This document shows positions 13,221-26,547 of a stretch of DNA of 64,000 bases, in pieces; the first letter of the stretch is position 1, and every line of letters starts with the position of its first letter. A program made the position numbers and the translations under genes. The stretch is from Octopus sinensis. Lineage: Eukaryota. The notes beneath the pieces were generated by a model. The model was not told where the DNA came from and searched no databases. It saw nothing but the letters and a program-made list of their open reading frames with translations. The DNA lies in the NCBI RefSeq assembly GCF_006345805.1, contig NC_042998.1, positions 12,710,001 to 12,774,000 on the forward strand. Direction: 5' to 3'.

Positions 13221-13969
13221 CAAACATACACGTGTGTATACATATATAGATACATACACACACACATATACACATATGTATATCAGGACTTTATTTCAAA
13301 AATTACCTCCGCATAATTCACAAAGTTACAGACTTGAAACTTTACGTGTCTTAGACCTAGATGTAATGGCGCCGCTAAGTCTATTTTATTACCTACTGTG
13401 AAGACCTATTCAGCAGTTATGATCAATATTCATAAAGAAAATGGGACGTCCAGAATATTTCTAGTAATTCGACACGCCAGGTGGTAATACATGTATGTAT
13501 CTAAAAGTACAATTTTTTTCAACTTGTATATCTATATAATTTCATGCTAAACCACCATATCACACTATACTGGTTTTTGAAATGGTTTGCGTTAATTTAT
13601 GTAAAATTTCCGTTGGCTGATTATGAATTATGCGTGTTCCACACTGGGGTCGACGAACAAGGGTGAATGTTACAATAGAAAATAATAACATATATTATAA
13701 TTTGAAGAAATATTGACCTTTACGGAGCATCATCTTCCTGATATGACATTCTAACAAAGATCTCAATATTTGTTCAAAGAATAAAAATGGCTGGCAGCTT
13801 AGAGGAATGTGCTTGCATATTCATAGGAATAAGTATGTATGAATGAATGTATGTATGGATGAATTTTTGTATGTATGCATATATATATATATGTGTGTGT
13901 GTATATATCTATCTATCTTTGCATACACACACATACTTACATACATACATTCATACATAATACATACAT

Positions 13970-15162
13970 ATGATCTGTAGAGGAAATCCACTCCATAGTT
14001 ATCAAAACCCGCAAAATCCTGACAGCATCTGGGAATTTCCGCAGAAGCAATGATGTTGACAGGCTAAACCAAAGAAGAAATGAAGGTGGTAGATGCCTGA
14101 GATCAGTGCAGACGGCTTTCGAATTCCATATGACATCATTCAGGCAACACCTGCTAAAAGCAGCATCAAAAGTAAATATATTAATGCAATCCTGAAAAGT
14201 GAAGTGAGCAGCATTGTACAAGTTGGCTGTGAACTCCTCAGCAAACACTCTCTTCCCGATGATCCAAATATACAGCCCAAAACAGCTGGGGTCTCTTATT
14301 TCAGTGAAGACTTGGATGGAATGCACTCAGCATACACAAAATACCATGTTTGGGTATGTCGTCAGGAAGCTTGAAGAAAACAGTAGAACTGACACGAAGT
14401 GTGACATCGCATCACACTTTGAAGGCCATGTGTTTGTAATCCAGGAACAGGAGATAGCCACACATACCTGGTGAACACGAGAAATAGTTGCGCTCTTGTA
14501 ATCCCAAGGTGCAACCGCATGTGTAGGCTATGTCATGTTTCTGTAGAAGACATTACGCATGTGATTAGCGTTGGCCTAAAATGACGTCACGGTACTACCT
14601 CCCTATGCAGCACGATGTTGTTGCTAAAGGAATTTATAATGCCATCCACAGAAAAAAAATTGTTCTGAAATAATCTTAGAAAATCCCTCTGTTATGGAAT
14701 ACATTCATAAACACCAACTCAAGGAATACTGGTGGAATATTCCCATCAAACCATCTGTCAAATGTAAGCGTAACGGGCTGGATATTGGTGTTTAGGACAT
14801 AGGGGCAAAGGTATATACCCTCATAGAGGTTAGTTGCCTTGCAGATATAAATATCTCTGAAATTCAAAGAAAAGGAGGATATCTATGGACATCCGCTTCG
14901 AAATCTCCAGCTTCTGTATCCAGACTATGAATTTATATTGATGCCAAAAATAATTGGGTGTGTTTGCCGAACACTTGAGGAAGATAATAATATCCATATA
15001 AAGCACGGCTTCTCTTGGCATAATAACCACTACACCATATCACACTTCGAAGGCCGTGTATTTACAATCCAAGAACAGAGACGGCTACGAAACACCTAAT
15101 AGTTAAGCCCACAGAGCACCAAGGTGCAAGCTAACATGTAGGTTATGTAATATTTCTGTGGA
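13970..15162 (+). mobile_element. Decayed R4/Dong-type (RLE-class) non-LTR retrotransposon, 3' part of ORF
   Basis: Frame-switching translation gives KTRKILTASGNFRRSNDVDRL..RRNEGGRCL (post-RT motif), FEGHVFVIQEQEIAT, CRLCHVSVEDITHVIS (zinc knuckle), HDVVAK, YWWNIPIK and IEVSC (RLE nuclease region). 15037-15162 repeats the FEG..IQEQ..CRLC segment. Confidence 0.8.
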
Positions 15163-15593
15163 AAGAGGAATGGATAATAATGGCTAAATGTTCCTTTTAA
15201 GAAATAATTCTCAGAATATTAACGACCAAATTACTACTCTGCACTTGAATCTATGTAGCAAGCGTCTGGTGGAATTATTTTATGTTTATGCGACAAATCC
15301 TTCCTGCAAAGAATTAACTTTATATTATGAATCTTGGGAACGACAATAATTTTACTCCGAATACTTTACAATAATTTTTCTCTGCTTATAATTGCTTCAA
15401 GTAATGTTGCTTTCGAAGATTTGACACTATTAAAATAGTATATTGAAGCTATGTTCTGAAATGAGTTTAGCAATAGGTGACATATTGCTTCTTCAGAAAT
15501 CTATACATAAACACATATGGATGCATCGATGACCAAAGTTGTTTATTTATATTGTTAAATTCTTGAACGAGTTAAACTGAAGCTATTTGCTAG

Positions 15594-16188
15594 TACAGTT
15601 CTAGTTTAATAATAGACAGAGAACACCACTGTAAAATAAGAAAACCAAAAGAAACAGCAAATATGCTAGGACACAGCAACCGCCTGAGCAGAACGAGTGC
15701 AGATATGAACAGCATATGAGATTCGGTATTAAGGAATGATAGGAGAATATTAGATTTATAAGCCCTAAAATTCACTCCATAATTGCCCACGGGCATATGG
15801 TGTAGTGGTTTAGAGCGCGGGCTACTAACCCCATAATTCTGAGTGACTTGAATAATAATAAATAATAATAACAACACCGAAAAATACTTTCATTCATATA
15901 ATTTGCCACAAGGGCATTACATAGATGTAGCTGTAGCTGCGGGCTGGATATTACATTAATGAGACGAAATTATAAACAAAATTATGATTATTAATGAGAG
16001 GAGCAAAAGACGCCCGTCGATTTTCTGCTTCTCTAAAACATTGTCCTTCAAAAAACAAAAATGAGGTATTAAACCTCTTATCTCAATACTTTAGGAATGA
16101 GAACCCAGGTTCGAAATTTCCCCGAAACGTTGTGTTAACAACAAACAAGATGAGAACAAATATCTGTCAATTGTAAATAATGTAAATA
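15594..16188 (+). mobile_element. Second H1 element copy (hammerhead core deleted; 194-bp insertion)
   Basis: Shares TATAAGC.CTAAAATTCACT, the tRNA-like GGCATATGG.GTAGTGGTT.AGAGCGCGGGCTAC head and the TTAGGAATGAGAAC...GTCAATTGTAAATAATGTA tail with 6439-6782. Confidence 0.8.
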
Positions 16189-17054
16189 TTGTGATATTTG
16201 CTAGTGATGAGTTTAGATAAAATAAATAGAAAATTCCAAGTGTTGCATAAACTTCGAAATACTAAATCTAAATATCTGTGGATCTGTTACTATGGCACTT
16301 TCTGATTGTTCAACGAGAGATTACCCCCCACCAAAAACAGCATTATATCCCTGCGTTGATTTCAGCTGCAGTGATACAGGAACACATAGGTAAGTTAAAT
16401 GAAAATAATTTAGAAACATCTTCGCTCCTATATACTGTGAATTAGTTGCACAAGCAATGTATTAATTCTAATTCATGTGAAAGATAAATTTGATAGCAAA
16501 AGAATTGCTGCAGTCCCATACATATCGTAAATCAACGTAACAGTGAGAATTGAAAATCGAGACGCATAAATGCATATCGACCAATTTCCAATTGCCATTC
16601 GACACAAACTATGCTACTCGATGTACGGGTTGACATAATGGATATTTTCTCCTCACCAATCATTTTTACTCCCGTCTGAACTAAAGGCGGTTCCACTCTC
16701 ATGAATTATAACGGGGGTTTGTTGAAGCGATGGGCAGACGCTTTAACGAATCCTTTTCACAACAGCAGCAGATTAGAGAAGGTTATTATGAGAGACGCTC
16801 CAATATATCAATCTATTCAGAAAATTGATATGAATTTTAACAGACACGAAATCGGAATTTCCATTTGAGAAATCAATTCAGAAAAGGGCACAGGAGTTAA
16901 TATTGATTGTATATCATCTCTGATTATTAAGCATTGTGGTTATTAAGCAGAAGAGAGAATTAACTGATTAACACACTGACAATGTGACTGCAATAGACGC
17001 CAAGTAAAATCAGAGTAATCTTAGTAACACAAGCAAATCCCTTACACGTTCATA

Positions 17055-17215
17055 TAGGAGTGGTTGTGTGGTAAGTAGCTTGCTTACGAAATATATGTTT
17101 CCGGGTTCAGTCCCACTGCGTGGTACCTTGGGCAAGTGTTTTCTACTATAGCCTCGGACCGACGAAAGCCTTGTGGGTGGATTTGGTAGACGGAAACGGA
17201 AAGAAGCCCGTCGTA
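17055..17215 (+). mobile_element. SINE family A 5' half
   Basis: AGGAGTGGTTGTGTGGTAAG...AAGAAGCCCGTCG followed by (TA)n. Confidence 0.85.
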
Positions 17216-17275
<60 letters not shown>

Positions 17276-18751
17276 AATGTTAACTTTCCAGAAAATCTTT
17301 CTTTAAATATTGTAAGCTTATCAAGTATTTTTTGCAAAAGTTCTAAATGCATACATACGCAAATACATACATACATACATTTATATATACATACATACAT
17401 ATATACACACATACATACATACATACATACATTCATACATACATACATACATACATACATACATACTTACATACATACATACATACATGCATACATACAT
17501 ATATTCATACATAGATACATACATACATAAATATCGCGTCGAATACAGAGACATTGGTGTAGAGGTCTATTTATTCACCCGGATAATGATTACATTCTCC
17601 TATAATTTTTGCCAATAATGCAAGCCTAGGAAAAGAAATGGTTAATCTTTTTCGAGTAATTGCAATGTAACAAACTTTTCCGAAAGGATCGTAACACTAA
17701 CCAATCAGTGAAATACATACCTCAGGGAAAATTACTATACGTGTATCCTTGAACTACCGTGATCGTGAAAAATTCCAGTAGACTTCTGAACTGAAACAAG
17801 ACATGTATCATTTCTACAGAAAGGCAACAGAAGATTCCTCTACAAGCTACATGAAGAGACTGAAAGAAACGTACGTACATACATGCACACTACATACACA
17901 TGCATATATATGCATATATATATGTACATATATATATATGCATACTCATATATGTTTATGTATATATGTGTGCGTGTAGTGTTATATATGTGTGCAGGTA
18001 TGTGTGTGTGTATGTACGTTTATAATTATATTAATTTTATCTAAATAATCAATTTGATCATACTTGACCGTCGAGCCCTGGATGTAATTAACAACGATTA
18101 TATTCCATTAAGAAACAGCTATCAACATAATATCAAAGAAAGTTAAAGTTTTAATCTATTGTATTTCGTGTGTATGGAAGCGTATTCATTCTACAAAACT
18201 GCACGTTACCTCCAAGAGTATATGATTTAATTCCCAAACACATATTCACATGTATGCATAAAAATACACTCATATCTGACTATTAGTATACAGTCAAATA
18301 TATATATACATACATATATATGTATGTATGTATGTATATATATATATATATATATATGCAATTGTGTGTCTCTCTACTTGCATACATACACAAACTTACA
18401 TAGATGTACATACGAAAGCTAATACACTGATATATGTCCTAGCGCGCTTTCGGCACATACATGTACAACTGCACATGAAGATGAGAAAGTGTTATGTTTG
18501 AATAAACATAATCGATTGATATACTGAGAAGCGCGTATTACGTATTCATCTGTGAAACACATCGTAGACTCAATTACGCCAACTCGCGAACACCTACCTA
18601 TGAACACGCAGATTCACAGACACACTCACACACATTTATATACGTATACATAAACGAAACTATTTTAATAAATCTCGCATCTCTCGCTTTCTCTCAGTTT
18701 GTGTGTGCGTAGCGTGTGTGTGTATATATATATACAATACACATATATTGG

Positions 18752-18838
<87 letters not shown>

Positions 18839-18863
18839 TATATATATATATATATATAATATA

Positions 18864-18912
<49 letters not shown>

Positions 18913-18925
18913 CATATATTATATA

Positions 18926-18961
<36 letters not shown>

Positions 18962-18964
<3 letters not shown>

Positions 18965-19120
18965 CGCAGGTGTGGCTGTGTGGTAAGTGGCTTGTATACC
19001 AACCACATGGTTCCAGATTCGGTCCCACTGTGTGGCAACCTGGGCGAATGTCTTCCATATCCTCTGATCGACCAAAGCCTTGTAAATGGATTTGGTAGAT
19101 GGACACTGAAAGAAGACCTT

Positions 19121-19170
<50 letters not shown>

Positions 19171-19226
19171 TGTAGGCTTAGGAATAATAAGTCTTGGGGG
19201 TTGATTTGTTCAACTAAAGGCGGTGA
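18962..19226 (+). mobile_element. SINE family A, internally deleted
   Basis: AGGCGCAGGTGTGGCTGTGTGG head, plus a 3' fragment TAGGCTTA...AAAGGCGGTG after the (TA)n tract. Confidence 0.8.
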
Positions 19227-19234
19227 GAAATAAA

Positions 19235-19271
<37 letters not shown>

Positions 19272-19339
19272 TCGTATATATTTATACATATGTACATATG
19301 TGCATTTATACCTGTATATATAGATATATACATTTATGC

Positions 19340-19392
<53 letters not shown>

Positions 19393-20372
19393 TATGTATA
19401 GGTATGTATGCATATTTAGAAAGGTTGAGGGGAAGGGAGATAGAGAGTGACAGATGGCATTGGTGTGTTTACGTACATAAATAATAAACATTTTACAAAG
19501 GCCTTTTTGTTTAATACTATTTTTTGTCTTATTCTTAGAATATCAAGATGCTATACTTTGATTCCTTAAGCAATTATTCTAAGTTGCACTCCTTATTAGG
19601 AATTCAATATTCTTAATTGCTATCTTTTTGGCGCCAATCCTCATTCTAGTGTCCAAGTCAACTAATGAAATGGAAGAAGTTTTCAAAGAAACTATGGCAC
19701 GCATCGTGTCTCTTTTATATTGTTATATTCTCTCGCTACTTTCTTTCTTATAATTTTATTCGGCTAATAAGTCATTATTTTTATATTCGTTTTTCTATAG
19801 TATTTTGGCAAGTGTTTCTTGGCATGTAACAAGTCTTTAAGATTTAATCTCCAAGGCGTGAAATAGATTCCATAAAATATATCTCGTTAAGCAGATCTAA
19901 GTTTTCATTAAACTTCTTAAACGAATATACTATAATGTAATATAAAATACAAGTAGAATTTTGAAAAATTAATATTAATGGAATACTTGGAACGTTAGCT
20001 AAGCAAGCCATAAAACATATTTGCTCGAACGATCGCATAACATGATTTTTTCTTTCATTCTTTCTAACTAAGTTTTTAACTTCATGCTATGTTATTTCAT
20101 GTAATTACAAAGCGTATAAACATGACAATAAATATAACACACCTGAGTAAAACACTGAAGAAAACAAAAAGATATATATACGTATGGAAAAGGATAATTA
20201 ATATCATATGTTATTATGAATGAGATTCTCTGTATTTTTCAATAATGTTGCAAAACCCATTCTAACCTAACTATATGTATATGTGTGTGTGTGTATTTGT
20301 GTATGCGTGTGCGTGTGAGAGTGTGTGTGAGTGTGTGATTACATAAATATATGCACATATATATAAATATAT

Positions 20373-20404
<32 letters not shown>

Positions 20405-20420
20405 CTATATATATATATAT

Positions 20421-20608
20421 CAGTCGCCATGATAGATCGTTAGCCACTACACACATTTTTTCTCTCCTTCTTTTTCTGTGTCCCCTTCTGTAGAAGAGCG
20501 TAGGCTCGAAACGTAAAAGACATTTTCTATTCCTGAGCGTTATACTAATACATCTGCTTGTTTTGTACACCACCTGTCTTCGTCTTTTCTTTTTTTCGTA
20601 AACTCTCC
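20421..20608 (+). mobile_element. Short PLE-terminal-like element in (TA)n with hammerhead variant (family H2)
   Basis: CTGTAGA-A-GAGC-GTAG-GCTC-GAAAC-GTA at 20488-20515; flanked both sides by (TA)n; downstream TTCCTGAGCGT..AATAC shared with family H4. Confidence 0.65.
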
Positions 20609-20610
20609 TA

Positions 20611-20693
<83 letters not shown>

Positions 20694-21290
20694 CATATAA
20701 TATATTGAATATATGAACACACAAACACACACACGCATACATATATATATGTGTGCGGGTGTATGCATGTGCCTCCATGCGACCGAGTGTAACCTTAACT
20801 CTGCACATGTATACTAAAGCCTTGATAGTTTTGGCAGTTGACAACATATGCTATGTCCCGCTCTGTATACCATTAATATTTATTGAAGGACAAAGCCAAC
20901 GATTTGGCCAATAAAGTGTTGAAAATATGTCTTTGAAGGCATTGCTGTTACAAATCAAAAATCCAGATGTTGTTGCTAAATTGTACACAATACAGAGAAT
21001 CTACGTTTACTGGTATATTTCTTTTTCCGATCTGAACCAGATTTGCCCTTCAAGAACAGTATGTCCGATCAAATATCGCAATAGCGTCCCTTGTATACAC
21101 GAGAAAACATAAACGCTTGGAATTTACGTTCCATAAATATATGGAGGTTCTGAAAATAAGATATAAGTTTGTTTTCTCGTTAGTTTGTCTGACGGAAAGG
21201 TGATTATTTCAGTGCATTGCAGGTTCTTCGAGGTTAATTGGCTTGGTGTAAATGTTCCACCAGAATTAAATCGGAATGCTAATCCCAATA

Positions 21291-21822
21291 AAATAATAGT
21301 TATCGCCATACTAATATGGCATTCATGGAGCTAATAAGCGGACAGCTTTTTTCTTATTTTTATAAGAATGCCATATTAGTATGGCGATAACTATTATTTT
21401 CCGGGAACGCTGCCGCTGTTCTCTTTTAGAGAGACTTAGTTATTTTAATATTTCTATTATTGAAAACAAGTGGATGTATTCCACCGAAACTAGGTAAATA
21501 AAACCATCGAACAGAGATTGTCGGAAGCGACACCTACTGGCTGGCTACGCTGCATTGAAAAGGGGCAATACCCCGAAACGCGTCTGTAGCTGCCGGTCAA
21601 GTAGTGTGGAGCGACTGGCCTCCCTTGTTCGAAGGTTATATGGATACAGTTTGTGTATCAAATAGCTAACTTAAGGCGATGGCCTCATGGAGCTAATAAG
21701 CGGACAACTTTTTTCTTATTTTCATAAGAATGCCATATTAGTATGGCGATAACTATTATTTTCCGGGAACGCTGCCGCTGTTCTCTTTTAGAGAGACTTA
21801 GTTATTTTAATATTTCTATTAT
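21291..21822 (+). mobile_element. Complete PLE pseudo-LTR-type insertion (family H3) with TSD, direct repeats, 5' inversion and hammerhead
   Basis: 14-bp TSD TGCTAATCCCAATA (21277-21290 / 21823-21836); ~139-bp direct repeats 21324-21462 and 21686-21824; 21291-21324 is the inverse of 21366-21399; hammerhead at 21549-21590. Confidence 0.85.
21549..21590 (+). ncRNA. Minimal type I hammerhead ribozyme, U3-A8 core variant
   Basis: GCTGCA-TTGAAAA-GGGG-CAATA-CCCC-GAAAC-GC-GTC-TGTAGC: 6-bp stem I, 4-bp stem II, palindromic ACGCGT stem III, GUC cleavage triplet. Confidence 0.8.
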
Positions 21823-24649
21823 TGCTAATCCCAATATTTGCAACATAACCACTTCGAGTAGATTAAACTCGCAAAGGTAGTGGTAACAAACTTCACAAGA
21901 TTTAGCATTGCCTCTTAAAATGATATTTCAGAATGATATTTCAGAAATGATATTTTAGAAATTTAAACTGACAGTACGCTAATATGCAAGTACTCGAAAA
22001 TATATATCTGAAGGTGTTGTCACGTTCATATATACTATATAATTTCTTCTTAATAAATAAATAATCATAGTTGAACGATTGCCAAAGAATGAAAATGGCG
22101 CTCCTTACAACTTGGATGAATCTGAATAGATTAGAGTATGCAGTAAATATATTTTACAAAGTATATGTTTTTAGTAATAGTCGTCTATCTCCATTACATC
22201 ATCACAAGGAAATAATATACGAAGCCGCATCGATATGTTCTCTTCATAGAGCACTATTATTTCTTCTTTTTGTGTGTGTGATAAGCCACTGCTTACTTTT
22301 GTTCCTGGGAAGCATTTATGTCATTTACTCATAAAACAAGAAATTATTTGGTTGGTTAGCCAAAAAAATCTGAGTGACGACAGAACATTGCTGCTGTGGA
22401 GACAACATACAAATCCATTGTGCGTGTCCAAACTGAATAAGACGTGTTTCAGCAATAATAGTGGTTTGTAATGATCAGCGAATTCTGTAACTAAGCGAGT
22501 GTAGATCCTGCAGCAAGTTACCTTCAGCTGTGTGATGACCACTGGTCAGTAACCAGACAAACAATCTTATATATCCGATAGAAAAATGCCTTAAGATAAA
22601 ACGGTTGAAGGCATTCCAGTATTCTTATCCCAAACATAATTATGTTGCTTACAACAATTTCGAATCTCCTTCCAGTAACTGAAAAATGCAGGTTCTTCAT
22701 ATATATACCAGGTTTCTGGATGCTTAGTTGTTTGCTAAGATCATAAATCCCTGACAAAATCTTCTTGGTAGTTAATGGTTATATTCACCTTTGAACGCAG
22801 TGGTTTCGGGATCGATTCCTACGCAGTGAATTGGTGCAAGAGAATCTGCCAATTTTTATGTTATTGAGGGTGGTGCACAAAAACGTCTCACGGGTTCCGT
22901 AGCACAGTGCAGTACAGAAACAAATTTAAACATACGAAATTCGAATCCCAGAATTTATACAGAACATTCCCCAAAGGATTACTCGAATCCCCAGGAAGTT
23001 AACACTCACATTGGCGCAGCAGTTTCACATAAGCAGGAGGTCATGCCATCTGGTGTAGAAAGGTATAAAGCTAAACACTTCGATGTCACTATATTACGTC
23101 TAAAGTTACACATAGACAACCGTGTTTTGATGCCCCAGGGAATTATTTTCAAGATCTATGGTAGTGAGTCCATTCCAGCTCTTACAAATTTATTTCTGAA
23201 GTTACACAATGTTACGGAACCTGGGCTTCTGTTTCGTGCGCCCCTCGGTACTTATAGTTGAATAGCCAGTCTCGGTTTATTGGTCAAAGTATTCTTGCCA
23301 ATGTTGCTACGTAGTGGTGAAGCGAAAGTCTTAACCGCAAACATCATTTGATTATATTAACCATTGGCTGTGTTCTTTCAGTGCTGATTCTCATATATTT
23401 TAGAAAATAATAACTGAACTTTTTTCGCATTTTCTATATCCGGCGAAGTAAATAATGTGGAAAACGTTAGTAATGTTACTTATACTTCACAGACGTTGTC
23501 CAACATTATATGTTAAATTAGTATCAATATAATACGAAAGTGGGATGGATACTTTCGTTTGGTGAGGTAAACCATTGTTAGTTTTCTGTATTGGAGATAC
23601 AATCAGTTGATCATGATAATGGAAATGAACATCAAAATATATTAGAAGTGAAATAAGCCATGGCTGATTATGTTTGGACACTTGATATCACAAACTCTGA
23701 TAACTATACACAAACACACAGGAACAGAGACACAGATACACAAATTTGCAGTCATACGATTATCAATAGTGGATAGATTATGACATAACAAATAAAACAT
23801 TAGTTTGCTGCCGACTAAGCTAAAACTTGAAGCTATCAACATTAATATATGGTAGACAATAGAGTATTTCTATCCGCATTTCCCCCTATCTCTCTTATAT
23901 CAGCCTGTTCATCTGTCTCTATCATTCTATCTCTCAGCTTTTAGTCGAAATTGCGAGTGATTGTCCAACCATGTGCACACACGTTTGTGAGTGTCAGTTA
24001 ACGTGACAAGGCTGAGGCACTCACTGTAACCAAGCCAATTTTTGACAGATGTAAACTATATGTCAGCGGTTCGGTTGCAATCATTGTCAGTAGTTCGTCC
24101 CCTTGTCGAATTTCCTTAATCACCTTATGTTAGATTTGACAGAACATGAACTGGGAATTGAAATTCATAAATTATTGTGAATTATTTAGTAGAATAGATA
24201 ATTTATTGTTGGATATTTTATTCTCAAGTGACACTCTCGGTTGTATCTAATTCTAACAAAAGTCTCTAATGTTACAGCTAAACTCCTCGTTTAAATCACC
24301 AGCGATATGTGATAGAATACCATAAATCAAGAGAGGAGCGCGAGACGATGTATCCCTTGAAGCAATTTGAAATATTCTGTGATTTATTCAACGTAGTCGA
24401 AATTGATGATTACTGAAAATATATTTATAACATCAATTTAATACAGGTATAATTTAATTTGGTATATACGACGGTGAGATTTCCATTGAGACGAATTTGT
24501 ACTGTTAGAAAATACGTTTATGCACTTCACAAACCGTATTAAAAGTAATAGTAACTTTCACTTCTCAAAACCGATAAATTAAACCATATTTCACCATAAT
24601 CGCAGTTCGGATATTTTAATCGTGAAAAAATAATTGTTTTAGGGAAGGA

Positions 24650-24825
24650 GTTAGTTATTACACTGACCCCTCACCACTGCTCACCTTCTACTTATTTCGT
24701 CAACTCTGAAACGATGAAATATAAGTCGACCTCGGCAGAATTTAAACTCACGATGTAAGGACTGACAAAACGGCTCTAAGTATTTTGTCCGTCATTCCAA
24801 CGGTTCTGCCAGCTCACTGCCTTGC
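24650..24825 (-). mobile_element. Degenerate SINE family B copy
   Basis: AAGTCGACCTCGGCAGAATTTAAACTC...TTCTGCCAGCTCACTGCCTT. Confidence 0.7.
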
Positions 24826-24876
24826 TCTAGAAGAAACAATGCGAATGTAAGCATTGTAATAAACTATAAAATATAA

Positions 24877-25273
24877 TCTTTATATATAAAAGAGAAGTTG
24901 TGTATCTGTCTCCTACGATTTAGATTCCTAACTACTCCCACATTTTGCGGTGCAGTTTAACCAAAACCGGGTATCTTATAGTCGTGATTCATATCGAGCC
25001 CTTCTGGGTATTAGCGCGCGTCTACGATGAGTATACGATTTAAAAACAGAAATTACCATAATTTTTTCAATTTTAATGCATTGTTTCGCTATTATATAAG
25101 GGAAGTAACTCTAAAAATGTCTACGATGAGTCAACGATTAAAAAAAAAATTTGCCATCATTCTTTTTCCATTTTTAATGCATTTTTTTTGCTATTTTTTA
25201 GCTATGACTCTCTAAAAATGCTTATATAGTTATTTCCCTTACAAACCCGAGCAACGCCGGGCGATACTGCTAG
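24877..25273 (+). mobile_element. Non-autonomous Helitron
   Basis: A|TCTTTATATATAAAAG start; 3' hairpin CCCGAGCAACGCCGGG and CTAG|T end; near-identical copy at 54408-54801. Confidence 0.9.
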
Positions 25274-26344
25274 TTGTATATAAATTTACTTGACTGAAGT
25301 TTTACGTCCTGACAAGTGAAAGTAAATAAATTATGCTAATGATATCTTCGTTATTTTCTTTGGTTAGCACAAATCAGTGGAGAGCATATAAAACTGCGAG
25401 ACTTTTCTCCCACATAGTATCTCCTAAGGTCAAATGCAGTGAGAGAGTTGCTTCTAAATACTTAGGTAAAAAAAATAACCATTACGTATTAATTCTGCGC
25501 CTCAGGTTATTTCAGTATCTAGATTCAGGCTCAGGCACAGCGCATAATATACATTAAATATAATTAACGAGAAAGAACAGATATACATTCGTTTTCAATA
25601 TATATATAATATTCTGTTATCGAAGCGTAGCAAATCAGGAAATCTGTTTTAACTACGTTACAAACGAAAATATACATTTGGGCTATATTCTGATATATAT
25701 TTAAAGGGAAACATGGGATTTATTATTCTATACTTTATTTTGTATGTTTCATGTCTGATACAGTCTTTCGTTTGAAAGTTTCTAAGAGTGAATAAAAATT
25801 CCCATGCATCGCTGTTGTAAATTTATTGATTCAAGTACCGTTTTATCTTGGACAGACGCAACAATTTTCACTGTGGAACACATTTTCTAGGTATATAGAT
25901 AGCTCAATCATAGATAATTCACTATCGCTGTGTACATCATATCAATTCACTTTAGGTCACATTTAATGCTAGTCTCTTCTTATAGTCGTTGCAAATTCTT
26001 CATAATTGTATTACTATGTATCAATTGAAACAGATGCAGCTGTTGTATTCTTGTTCTTCTTCTCCGAATCAGGACTCACGCCATTTGCCACAAAGAATAA
26101 TCTCTAATTCGAGCCTACTCTAAGCTACTAAGAATGCGTGTGGCAACTTGAAGATCCACCCACCACTAGCGATAGACTGGCGGTTGCACGGGCGCGAAAG
26201 CTTCGTTGTTATTCTCATTCCGTAAACGGTGGCTTTTAACGGGTGGGGAGCTGAACCATCCTGGGGTACAGAGGATTCGCAATCTTGATAGGTTCTGAAA
26301 GTTTTACCGCACCATAGTGGGTTACACCATGGTTCCTCTGTTTT

Positions 26345-26547
26345 GTGACAGAAGTAGGAAGAAAGAGTGAGAGAAAGTTGTGGTGAAAGAGTACAGCGGG
26401 GTTCAAAACTCCCACCTCCCGCTAGAGCTTCGTGGAGCTTCGGTGTTTTTGCTCAATTAACACTCACAATGCCCGGTCTGGGAATCGAAACCACGTTCTT
26501 ACGGCCACGAGTCCGCTGCCTTAAACACTGGGGCATTGTGCCTCCAC
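26345..26547 (-). mobile_element. tRNA-derived SINE (family D) fragment
   Basis: Minus head TGGAGGCACAATGCCCCAGTGTTTAAGGCAGCGGACTCG...GGTTTCGATTCCC with A/B-box-like motifs. Confidence 0.7.

Noticed and set aside
13937-14474. ORFs 13937-14326, 14093-14374 and 14214-14474 as host genes
   Set aside because: They are off-frame or partial readings of the decayed R4/Dong LINE.
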